The position numbers and the translations under genes were made by a program. Below the pieces are notes generated by a model, which worked only from the letters and a program-made list of their open reading frames with translations, ran no database searches and had not been told where the DNA came from. A stretch of DNA of 64,000 nt from Gnetum montanum (Eukaryota > Plantae > Gnetophyta), in NCBI GenBank assembly GCA_015680685.1, contig MNCI01001919.1, positions 129,437 through 193,436 on the forward strand. The letters are read 5' to 3'. Position 1 is the first letter of the stretch. The number at the start of each line of letters is the position of its first letter. Below are positions 37,006 through 48,395 of the stretch, in pieces.

Positions 37006-40000
37006 ATGGACGAAATTTTATCTACACCGCTAGTTTTAACAAGCTTACACGGTGAAATCATTAGACAGCTTGATCCCACACCAATAGAAACTAACCTAGC
37101 CCTTAATGATGCAATCATAGCCATGTCAAAAACATCTCTAGACTAGCCAGAGCAATCGACGCGCATGCTAGATCTGGAAGCTGTTAATGTAACCGAAGAT
37201 CCACTCAACGAGGTCCCTGTGCTTACGCATAGGGGTGAGACTAAAACTCTCAAGGTTAGTTCTCTATTGGACCAAAAGGCACATGATGACATAAAATAGG
37301 TTCTCCAGAATAATATCACAGTGTTTGCATGGTCATACGAGGATATGCTGGGACTAGACCCAAGATTAATTCAACACAACATAATCCTAGATCCCCATAT
37401 CAAAGCCGTCAGACAAAAAGCACGAAAGATCAAGCCAGAAGTCACGCTAGCAGTATGTGATGAAATTACTAAACTGTACCAGGCTGGTTTTATTCGCGCG
37501 GTTGATTACTCAGATTGGATATCTAACATTGTAGTGGTTCCTAAAAAGACTGGAGGAATACGCATCTGCATAGACTTCTGGGACTTGAACAAAGCTATAA
37601 TCAAAGATAACTTCCCATTGCCGAGTATCGATCAATTGGTGGATACAACCGCTGGACATGCGCTTTTGTCCTTCATGGATGGCTTCTCAGGCTACAACCA
37701 AATACGCATCAACCCAGAGCACCAGCTAACAATGACGTTCATGACACCCTGGGGAACCTTTTGTTACACCATGATGCCTTTTGGTTTAAAAAACGTCAGA
37801 CCGACATATCAGCGAGCCATGACATACATCTTTAGTGATTACCTCCTAGGGAGACTGAATGATTATGTTGACGATATAGTTGTTAAGTCTTTAAAGTCGG
37901 AAGATCATTCAGAGGATCTGGAGTTAGTCCTCAAAAGATGCTCTAAATATGACCTCCGGCTCAACCCAAAAAAGTGTGTGTTCGGAGTCAAAACCGGACG
38001 CATGCTGGGTTTTGTGGTATCGAAAACTGGCATACGCGTGGATCCTGACAAAGTCAAGGCCATTGTTGAACTAACACCCCCTACAAGTCTTAAGCAATTA
38101 CATGGATTATAGGACAGGTTACAGTTTATCAGGTAGTTCATCTCGAGATTAACCGACAAGTTACACCCTATGCAACATTTGCTTAAAAAGGGGGTTAATT
38201 TNTTGCCATTTTATATCTACCTCGCAACTTCAGATGTAGCCTTAACTGCATTACTTTGCTAAAGGAGGGATGATGGGTCGGAAGTACCCATCTACTACTT
38301 AAGTCATGCTCTATGTGCGTATGAAATGAGGTACAGCGAAGTAGAGTGTAACTGCTTAGCGTTAGTATTTATGCTCAAGAAGTGTAGGCATTATCTCTTC
38401 CGTAGTCAGGTCAACATCATCTGTAAAAATAACATTCTTAGGGTCATTACGCATAACCTATATGAAAGTAGAAAAATAGCTCATTGGAAGGCTATCACAG
38501 TAGAATTCGATCTGCATTACATTGGCCAATATTCTATGAAAGGCCAAGCGATAGCTGACCAATTAATAACATCACCTATTGACAGTCAGGCAACCATAGA
38601 GCCTGAATTTCTAGATGAACATGTACATAGTTTAAGCCCTGTTTTAACAAGCCCCGAAGCAATGTTATACTTCAACGGAGCTTCAACTGTTAGAGGCAGC
38701 AGCGCTGCCATAGTTATTACTTTATCACCTGAGGATGTGCATCTTCACGCTTATCGCTTGACCTTCCCCTGTACGAACAACATGGCAGAGTATGAGGGGC
38801 TCCTCAGGGGATTACTAACTACCTGCGAACTCGATGTTCAACACCTAGCAATTAGGGGTGATTCGATGCTCGTCATCAATCAGATCATAGGAGTCTACAC
38901 CTGTAAGGCTGCACATCTACAGCCCTATTGCGATATGGCTAAAGATCTTCTAAAGCGGTTCACGACCATCGATGCCCAGCACGTGCCACGAACTGATAAC
39001 ACACTAGCTGATGCACTGGCTACACTGGCCTTGAACGTACCCTCACACTTGTTCAACACCTGTCCCGCATTAATAACAGATTGCATAGATCCCATCATTT
39101 AGGTGACGCAAATATCCTCTCTACTCGAGGACAGAACGCCAGAGTGGTACGATGGCATTAAGACTTACCTCTTGCATGGCGAGCCACCCCATGAATTAAC
39201 ACACATGCAGAAAGATGCAAACCACAAGCAAGCTAGGCAGTACGTCATCATAGGAGACAGTACTCTTTGTAGATGCTCTTTTGATGGTGTGCTACTTACT
39301 TGCGTTAACAAGAACCAAGCACAACATATAGTTGGCGAGGTCCATGAGGGATTATGTGGAGGACACGTAGCACCATGGGCTATGGCTTCAAAAATCTGTC
39401 GCTTAGGGTATTACTGGCCATACATGGAAAAAGATTGCCTAATAAAGGTTAAAACTTGCAACACGTGTCAGTGCTACGCAAATCTTATACATGTGTCGCC
39501 TACAGANTACGTGTCAGTGCTACGCAAATCTTATACATGTGTCGCCTACAGAGTTACATACGACTCAGATAACATGGTCATTTCAACGATGGGGACTAGA
39601 CATTATAGGTCCCATCACACTGAAATCTTTCATAGGTCATAGCTTCATAATTACCGCTACTGAGTACTTCATGAAATGGGTAGAATCTATTCCTTTACAA
39701 AAGATCACATCTCAACAGATTTGCCATTTCATCTTAGACAACATTGTAACCAGATTTGGCCTCCCGATGATTATCATGACCGATAATGGGCCACAGTTTA
39801 GTAGTTCAGAAACCAAATCCTTTTGTGATAGCCTTGGCATTAAACAATCTTTTTCCTTGCCCTATTACCCGCAAGCGAATGGTCAAGCTAAAGCCACAAA
39901 CAAGGTCATCATCAATCTGCTCAAGAAAATGCTTGACAGCAACAAGAGGCGGTGGCATGAAAAAGTCCTCTATGTGCTATGGGCATATCGTACTACATGT

Positions 40001-40432
40001 AGGATGCCTACAGATAGTATGCCCTATAGTCTAGTCTATGGATCTGAAGTAGTGCTACCCCTCGAATTGCAAGTGCCTTTTCTGAGAATGGTCCTCTCCA
40101 CGATTATAAATGAGGCTCAACACACCGAGTCTCGGATCATGGATTTGGATTCAGTAGAAGAGAAGTGAATACAGACACTTGATACAATCCAGAAGTATCA
40201 AGACACACAGAGGCAAAAGCATTGTCATAATCTCCAGCAGCGCCCGATCAAGAAGGGATATTTAGTTCTCAAGGCCATTCACGAACCAGTGGGCAAGTTC
40301 TCTGCAAACTGGGAGGGCCCTTTCTTGGTGATTGATTTGTATGGCAACTGAGCATTCAAGCTAGCGGACAACGATGGCAATGAGCTACCAAATCTTGTTA
40401 ATCATATATATCTAAAGCGATACTACATATAG
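37006..40432 (+). pseudogene. pol: pol (RT-RNaseH-aRH-integrase) of element B
   Basis: SFMDGFSGYNQI, MPFGLKN, YVDD, aRH LYFNGAS/CTNNMAEYEGLL/GDSMLVINQ, INT HEGLCGGH..CNTCQ, WGLDIIG, TDNGPQF, NWEGPF. Confidence 0.96.
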
Positions 40433-40470
40433 CTACATCTCCAATGTGAACATCAGGTATGACCATAATC

Positions 40471-40955
40471 ATCTGCTATGACGCTAAACTGGCAACAACC
40501 ATCCGCTACGACGTAAAACTGGCACTCCCTTCACGCGTCTGCCACGATGCTAAACTGGCATTGATCATCTGCCATAATGTAAAACTGGCAAGTTGTAACC
40601 GTTCACTACGAGGTAAAAATGGCAGTGTTGTATAGGTCCGCCAAGACAAAAAACTGGCATTTTCGGCACATGTCCGCCATGATGCTAAACTGGTACCGAC
40701 TGTCTACCATGACACAAAACTAGCACAGGTAAGTAGTCGTCTGCTGAGATGTAAAACTAGCACAAACTTGTCCTTGGGTCATGACACAAAACTAACACCC
40801 ATAGCACGGTCTGTTGAGACCATAAATTAGCTTTGCCACCATCCGCTACGACGTAAAACTAGCATTTCTCGGTCTGCCCAGACTTTAAACTGGGACCATG
40901 GTCTGCTGAGACTTAAAACCAGCAACGATAGTCTACCAGGACTTAAAACTAGGAC
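40471..40955 (+). repeat. Array of 15 ~24 bp units (RTCYGCYAYGAYNNAAAACTGGCA) with variable ~5-13 nt spacers
   Basis: Counted directly; units have TGCCA...TGGCA-type inverted arms. Confidence 0.9.
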
Positions 40956-42125
40956 TCATAAGTTGCCATCATGCAAGTCAAGTGAGCGTGATCATCTCTG
41001 TGCAGCCACAAGACAAACGGGGTGGGACGCTATGACAGCCCCAGCGTCACTACCTCATCGGCATTCTGCTGATCTCTTGGATGTGCTGAAGGGAATACTA
41101 CTGACCCCTTGGAGATACCATCACCACATCCTTTCCAGCGGTGGTACCTCTGAGAGGTTAGTTTTATCATCCGGAGCCCCAAAGGTGTTCTCATCAATTA
41201 CGACTTTGGAGATCTCCGCTCATCATTACTATCAGACCCTGGCTTCATAGATTCACCTAGCTAGTTCTTTACATAACCAATCAGGTGCACTGAGTCTGAT
41301 GTTCTTTGGCGATGATATGTTGGGCTGAGCGTCAAGGTTGAAGACTCTGGCCTCGTGCTACAGTTCCTCCTTCACGGCCCGATCACTTTATCTCACCTCT
41401 AATAGTACTTTTTTCAACAACCTCGCCCGTGATTCACATGGATAATGGTACCCTCTGTTTTCTTCTTTGGTTGCAGGTTACTTGTTACGAAGACATCATT
41501 CGAAGGTGCGTTCATCTGAGTGGTGTAATACCGATAGCGTTTTGAGATGGCTGCTTAAGTTGGCCTGTCCACTCGAAGGGTGCATCCTTGTGTGCCTCAT
41601 AATCCTACCCCTAGCCCTTATCACTATCCTTAACTATCCCATCTGCTTCCCGTATGCAAAATGTACATACGCAGCACACGCTTTCTACATTCGCATTACA
41701 ATCAAGTCCATAAGCTGGCGTAACGCAACTCACCTAGTGGACACCAAAAAAAAATGGGGGTTGGCAAAATGGGTGAAACACATCTCACCCAAGCCATGTA
41801 GATGCAACACAATTCATCTATGCAACCCCCTCTAAAACAAAATGAAGGCATAACTCCATGCAAACACAATCGTAGGAGAAAGCCTATTTGCTTATGCGTG
41901 AAAAAGCTATACCTGCCCATTTGCATCTTCCCCGAACCTCATTTGGGTCTTCCCTGAACTTGTTTCCTCCTATACCATCCGATCTCCGGATTCCCTCATC
42001 TCTGCACCTCTATGTTGACAGGATGATACTTGAGTACCTGTTGATAAATGCTGTTGGTGCTTTCATTGGTCTGGTGTTTTGTATTCTTTGTCGACGTCTT
42101 TTGGGCAAGCCCTCTAACCGTCAAC

Positions 42126-42136
42126 AAAGAGGGGCC
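42126..42136 (+). promoter_or_regulatory. Polypurine tract, element B
   Basis: AAAGAGGGGCC, 2 nt before the 3' LTR. Confidence 0.92.
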
Positions 42137-42138
42137 AT

Positions 42139-43745
42139 TGAAACACCGTGGAAATTTTGAATCGGCCTCAGGTGAAGATTCACGATTCAGGCAATAGTTC
42201 GTGATAGAATTCCAGAAGGTAGAACAAGTCAAAGCAAGGTGAAACGGTGCCCGGCATCAAGTCTCCAACTTCCTTACAAATTTCAATTCTACTATGTTTT
42301 CTATCTTTATGCTACATTATGCAACATAGCATAATGACGCTTAGCGTAATTCTACTTAACATAGTCTGACATCAGAAGGTAACTTACTTCAGCAGATTTG
42401 GTAAAGCTTAAGGCCTAAGCAGCGTAATATGCAACTTCTTCAATATCCTGCTAAGTCTTTTGACTAGGGTCTGATTTACGCTCCGTTACGTAAGGCAGCG
42501 TAATGAGCTTCAAAAAGGTTAAAGGGATAGTCCAAGGGAAGCGTGACAGATAGGCTCCTTTCTTTTTTCAGATTGATCACTTTATGCTGGTTACGTTATG
42601 CAGCGTACGTCAGTGTAATTTATCATCGAGTTGATCATTTTTTATCCTTCACTACACTTTGCTGCGTAAGTGAGCGTAAAACAGCTTGACTCACTATTTC
42701 TATGCTTTGTTACGCTCTGCCACGCGACGTAGCGTAAACAAGTGTAATACAGCGTAAAGCCAGCTAAAGCAGTTATGCATTTTCTACCCATACGCGCAAT
42801 ACGCTGATAAGCGTATTGTGCGTAATCATGAAGCAGCTTCGGCAAAGTGTTGACACCATACGTTGCAATATGACGTGACATAGCGAGTTCATTAAGTTAA
42901 CGGTACCCGGAAAGTTCAAGACACATGTCATCAAGGCCATGCCTTTTCTACATATTATAAATACCTTAGTTGACGAAGAAAAGAGAGGACTTTTGACTTC
43001 TTCTTTTTTGGGGGAAAAGAGAGAGCAGTGGCTGGCATCTTCAACTTTTGGCAGTTATCATCCTTGAGCAGAAATAAGAGACATTTTTTGAGCATTTGGC
43101 AGCAAGAGTGATCATACCCTTTTGGCGAAAATACAGTTCTCCCATCGGTGATCCTTGGCAGTTTTGAGCAGAGACTATCCAAAGCAAAGAAGATAGATCA
43201 GAGATCGTGAGATCATCTGGTGTGGTTGGCAAGATCTATTGACCAGACACAGTTGGTTGATAGACATCCGAGCTTGACCTTCCTTGCACTCCGTCTTTGG
43301 CTTATAAGGTAGACCGAGCTCCATTCTGCACTCCTTATTAAATAGTTTTCTTATTATTTTGTGTATGTTCTGCACAAGATAATCGGAGTCTTCCCATTGT
43401 AATTTTGTATACAAGATACTCGTTTTTTCAGGTAAAAGTACAGATCTTGAAATCATGCATTTCTCTTAAATCCAATTCCCTTTTTCGTGTTAACGTTGTC
43501 ATTATTGCAATTTATCTACATCGTTTTCCTCTCCTCTTGCGATTTATCGAATCAAATCATTCCACGGAACACTTATAATCTTCGTCGATTTACTGATTAA
43601 GTAAGTCCCTGTCTGATCGACAAGACCGTTCAGGGCACTGCGGATTCATTTTCTCCAGCATAGCCCTCACACGAATCCATGGTTAAAACTGTGTACACGG
43701 ATTTTGTTTGGTATTTTCCAGCTACCGACATTTTCTGTCGTTATA
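42139..43745 (+). repeat. 3' LTR of element B
   Basis: Colinear with the 5' LTR. Ends GTTATA (CA>TA) followed by the TSD. Confidence 0.96.
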
Positions 43746-43750
43746 GAGAT

Positions 43751-44331
43751 GACTAACTACATGAAGCTTGCCAACTTCTGATATGCTAATCATAGGAAGA
43801 CCAACAATACAACATGAGAAGTAGATGGCTAGTTCATGCCTCCTTTATGAGGTTGAATTCAAGAATCATAAGGAAACTAAGCAAAAGTTAGAGATAGACA
43901 ACATCAAGCTTGAAGTTCTCTAGAATTGATTTATTAATCAATGATTGGTTGAAAAGGACTTGGGTAGAAGGATGAATAAGTACCATGAGTTGCAAAACTT
44001 AGTTAAGACATTTGATGTTTAATGAAAGAAATTTGTAGCAAGGTTTATGAACGTTAAGGAGTTCTTCCTAACAATGCTCTATTGATGGAGCATCTCTATA
44101 CCAGGACATATCAGTGAAGCCATGTGGACTATGTACGATCCATAGAGTAAGTAAGAGAAAATGAAAGCATTTCTAGATGCTTTCCACCTAACTTTTAAAA
44201 AAATAGTCATGTTAGAATAACATCAACCTCAACCACTATCATCGCCATGAGCACTAGAGCATGATGAAGGTCCTTCATCATTCCAAAAGGCTCCACCTCA
44301 TACCACTATTTGATCTTCACCACATATTTAG
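43751..44331 (+). pseudogene. Host accessory ORF, part 3 (C-terminal)
   Basis: Removing B and one TSD gives the in-frame read IKELQIE-EM-TNYMKLANF, followed by E/K-rich sequence (YEVEFKNHKETKQKLEIDNIKLEVL). Confidence 0.65.
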
Positions 44332-44357
44332 CAATAAGGGGATTTCTACCACCATTT

Positions 44358-46198
44358 TGTAAAGGTATCCAATTTTGTTATCAAGGACACCCAATTTTGG
44401 AAACTTCATGATTCTATACAATTTAGTAGTAAGAGTCAATTAGTTAGTCAAATTTAGTTAGTTAATAATCCCATACCTTCCAATTTTGTAAGAAGCTTGA
44501 TCCTACTTTTTTTTCACTTGAGGATGAGTTTTCACTCACTTGTGGGAATATGATTAGCCATTGACTAGATGCAACGATGGGAATCATTTTACATAGCCTC
44601 ATCAATGTAGCCCCATTGACACATGTGAAGATGCATTGACACAAATGCATTGACATAGTGTCATGTCATGCCTATATAAATACGTGTACCCACTACATTT
44701 ATGGCATGTTATGTGATTAGAGTAGCCAAGTTCTTGTAGTTTTCTTCCACTAGAGTTAGAATATTTTTTAAGTACCTATAGTAGGACTTCAAGCATTGTA
44801 TGGATCCTTATTCAAGCATCATTATACCTAGATAAATTGATGTGATGGCAATAAAGATGAGATTTTTGATACTCCTTACATCACTTAAAATATATTAATT
44901 TTTATTTTATGCACTTTATTATTCATGCAATTTATGTTCTTATCCTTAATTAATGTATTTAATAGAAAACACATAAGTATGAGTACTTTAAACATAACAT
45001 TTAATGCTCAGTAATTATAGAAGTGGCTATTTGGTATAGCCAACAATAAACACTTGATAACTGAGTAGTGTTAGGATGAGTGCATGATGAATACAAAAAG
45101 TGCACTAGGATGCTTATGTTAGGTTAGTTAGCTTAAGAATCATTTAATAGTTAAGTAGTTAGTTTCCTAATTAATTATCTTTAGCTCAAAAATTAGATTA
45201 AATGAATAAAAAATATAAAATATAAATAAATATCATATGCCTTGGCTCCCACTTAATCATACAATTGAGTTTACACAAGTGAGAGCTAAGAAGACAATAA
45301 TCATAATTTCCCAAGATACTATCTTTGTCAATTGATACACTTAGAAGCTAAGTCCATGGAATTCAATCAAATTGCATGTGAATGCTTTTGATTCATACGA
45401 TTTGGTGGAGGGACTACTTGCTCCTCATCACCAAAAATTTGTATTATATAAGCATGATCTATTGAGGTAAGGTTTCCACATAAGAGGGCTTGATGGATAG
45501 TCTAAGTAGTATTAATGTTATAGTTATTATAATGTCAGATGCCAGATATATTGTAGGAATATCACTAATTAATGTTATAGATATCAATGCATTAATGGTT
45601 ATGTTAATGATCTTGATTAATGATAATGTTAATTGGTGTTTGTTGTTGATTCTAATAATGTGCTTTATAGCATGTGACCTATCTTTCAACTTCATTCTTG
45701 AGAGCATCAAGGTGATTTTCTCTACTATTTAGATGTTCTAACCCTCTTGCATTTGCTTCATGTTGATTGTAGTTGGAGGCTTTAATAGAGATTACAAGTC
45801 ATAGTGTGAATAGTAGATTAGAATATAGAATTGAAGTAATGCTGCAATATGGAAAACTAATTCAAATATCAATGTATATTTAGAGTCATGTTATGAATAT
45901 GTAAAGTGACCAATATGGTTATCTATTGTATCTCTTGTAAATTTGTATATAAAGGAAATTTACTAAAGATGTTTTCATGACATTTCATGGATATTTTAAA
46001 ATGATTATTTTTAAGGCTTCTTTAGGTATATATATATATATTAGATTATAAGGTGTCATAATTGATGTAATATGATTTTCGATCATCATTTATTTTAGAT
46101 GCTAAGTATTTGATAAGAGTTATATGGATTCTTAGTAATTTATCTTGGCCACATAAGTAATTTCATGTATTTATCTATGTAAATTTTGAGGTGTGACA
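44358..46198 (+). repeat. Putative LTR (possibly the 3' LTR of the host element)
   Basis: Starts with TG after AAGGGGA, has CCTATATAAATA near 44670, and ends GAGGTGTGACA immediately before RT-coding sequence. No second copy in the window. Confidence 0.35.
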
Positions 46199-46199
46199 A

Positions 46200-48395
46200 T
46201 TGTGAAATTTTCAAAGCTTAAGGACTAGATTCAAGACTAAATGAACAAGTATTTTATTTGATCCAACACTTCACTTTGGGATGCTCTAGTAATTTAAGTT
46301 AGGAGAAAGGATGGAAGCTTCAAAAATTATATTGACCTTAAGTAGTTCAATGAAGTGATAGTTAGGAACCAATATCTTTGCTAAAAATAAATTATTTTCT
46401 TAACCAATAGAAAGGTGTTAAAGTATTCTTTAAGAAAAATTTAAATTCTAGATACCATCAAGTTAGGATGAAGAAAAATAATGTTCCAAAGATAGCTTTT
46501 AGAATAATATATTGACATAATGAATTCTTAATCATGACCTTTAGAGTCATTAATGATCTATTAGAAATCATGCATTTGGTCCTTAAATCAATTTTTTATT
46601 ATCTATATTAATGAAATTTTGGTCTACTCTAAGGATTAATAAGGACCTAAGAAACATTTAAGGACTCTACTATAGACCTTAAAAGAACAACAACCACCTA
46701 TTCCTACTTCTAGGTATGCCTTTTGAAGGAAAGAGATTCAATTCCTTGGTCATATGGTAACAGAAGCAAGTATAGTAGTGGATCCTATCCAGGCAGTAGT
46801 GATTAATGATTAGTCTGTTCAAACCATAGTTAATGAAATTGAAAACTTTTGTGGCTCAGCAAGTTAGTATAAGTGGTTTGTGGAGAACTTTTTTAAGATA
46901 TAAATATCCATACATAACTTTCTAAGAAAAGATGACATCTTCTCTTAGAGTGATTCTTCTTAGAAATCTTTTAACTTAAAGAAGAAGTTAACCATAATGC
47001 ATTTAGTAATTTCAAAAAGTTCTAAAATACCTTATGATGTTTATAATGATGCTTTAGGAGAAAGATTTGGAGGAATTCTTGTACAATAAGGAAAAGTAGT
47101 ATCTTATGCTTCTAGATAGTTGAAGCCTCATGAGACTAGGCACCTAACACATAATCTTGAACTTGATGTCATTTCTTTTACTTGTAAGATTTCAAGGCAC
47201 TACTTATATGGTGAACATATTACACTTTGAATATAGATCATAAGAGCTTGTGATCCATGATGAGTTAGCTATAGTTAAAGATGAGGTAGAGGATGTGGAT
47301 TAGATTACTAGTAAATTTTAAATTCATAGTGAAATATCACCTTAGCAAGAGTAACATAGTTGAAAATGTACTAAGATGGGAAACTCTTCAACACCACTAT
47401 ATTACCTAGTATAAGGGATGAGTTAGCTTCTTAATAACTCTAAGATACTTTCTATTAAGAAAAGATATCTCTACTTCTAGTAGAGAACTAAATATTTTTA
47501 GTGGATAGTTCAAGATTTTTAAAGCTTAAGAATATGATTTATGTTCTAGTATTAATTAGATAGAGATAGTTTTATCGTTTCCTTCATAGATTATTAAAAT
47601 TCATAGCATTCTAACGAAGATTATGTTTGATATAGATACAAAGTTTAGTTCAACATTTTGAAAATATTTTTATAATAGTTTGGATACTATGCTATATCTT
47701 AGTTCATCCCATCATCCATGAAATGATGGTTAGATGAAGAAGATGGAACAAATATTTTAAGATATTCTCAAAGCTTATGTATTATACTACAAAGATAGTT
47801 GAAACACGGTTCTTTTATTTGTAGAATTTTGTTTCATAGAATAGTTTTTATACTTCTTTAAAAGCTATACTATGTAAATTAATGTATGATTTTCTATACC
47901 ATACACCTCCTTACTAGGATACTATAGAAGATAAGCAAAGGACTAGCATGAACATCATTGAAGGAGCTATAGAATAGACTAAGAATCTTAAAAATAGAAT
48001 TTAAGTAGCATAGGATATATTCAAAAAATATAAAAATAATAAAATAAGACCTTTAGAATTCAACATTAGAGATAAAGTGTTTTTTATGATTTCTTCTTTA
48101 AAAGAAATTATGAGATTTGGATAGAGAGGAAATTTAACATCATGCTCCACTAATGCCTTTCTAATTTTTGAAAGCTTTTGGAAAGTTACCTACTAGAATG
48201 ATATTCAAAAATAGTTATAATTTATTAATGATGTACTGTATGTTTCAATATTAATGAAATATATTTTGAATTTTAGCCATATGATAGATTGGGAAGATGT
48301 GTAGATAAAACCAAATGTTACTAACATCCTATGTTGAATTAAGATTATAGCTATGATTAAAAGATCATTAAGGAGTTAGATTATTGCTATGGTTT
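46200..48395 (+). pseudogene. pol: Highly decayed chromovirus (Tekay-like) pol: RT-RH-INT
   Basis: VRRKDGSFKNYID, YHQVRM...PKIAFR, VVSYASR*LKPHETRHLTHNLEL, SSSHHP*NDG*, RFG*RGNL. The integrase N-terminus appears deleted. Confidence 0.8.

Larger units (their letters stand above)
27414..43745 (+). mobile_element. Full-length Ty3/Gypsy Tat-clade LTR retrotransposon (element B, 16.3 kb)
   Basis: Paired ~1.6 kb LTRs, perfect 5-bp TSD GAGAT (27409-27413 / 43746-43750), PBS, PPT and all coding domains. Confidence 0.97.

Noticed and set aside
38190-38215. Deletion at the RT/RNaseH junction of B
   Set aside because: It coincides with a single N at 38202, so it is probably missing sequence in the assembly.
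39463-39552. 44 bp tandem duplication frameshifting the integrase
   Set aside because: The copies are identical and separated by an N at 39507, which points to a contig-join artefact.
40471-40955. CRISPR array
   Set aside because: Spacers are only ~5-13 nt, repeats are degenerate, there are no cas genes, and the context is a eukaryotic retrotransposon.
45459-45732. Overlapping I/N/L-rich ORFs resembling a membrane protein
   Set aside because: They are a by-product of AT-rich low-complexity DNA.
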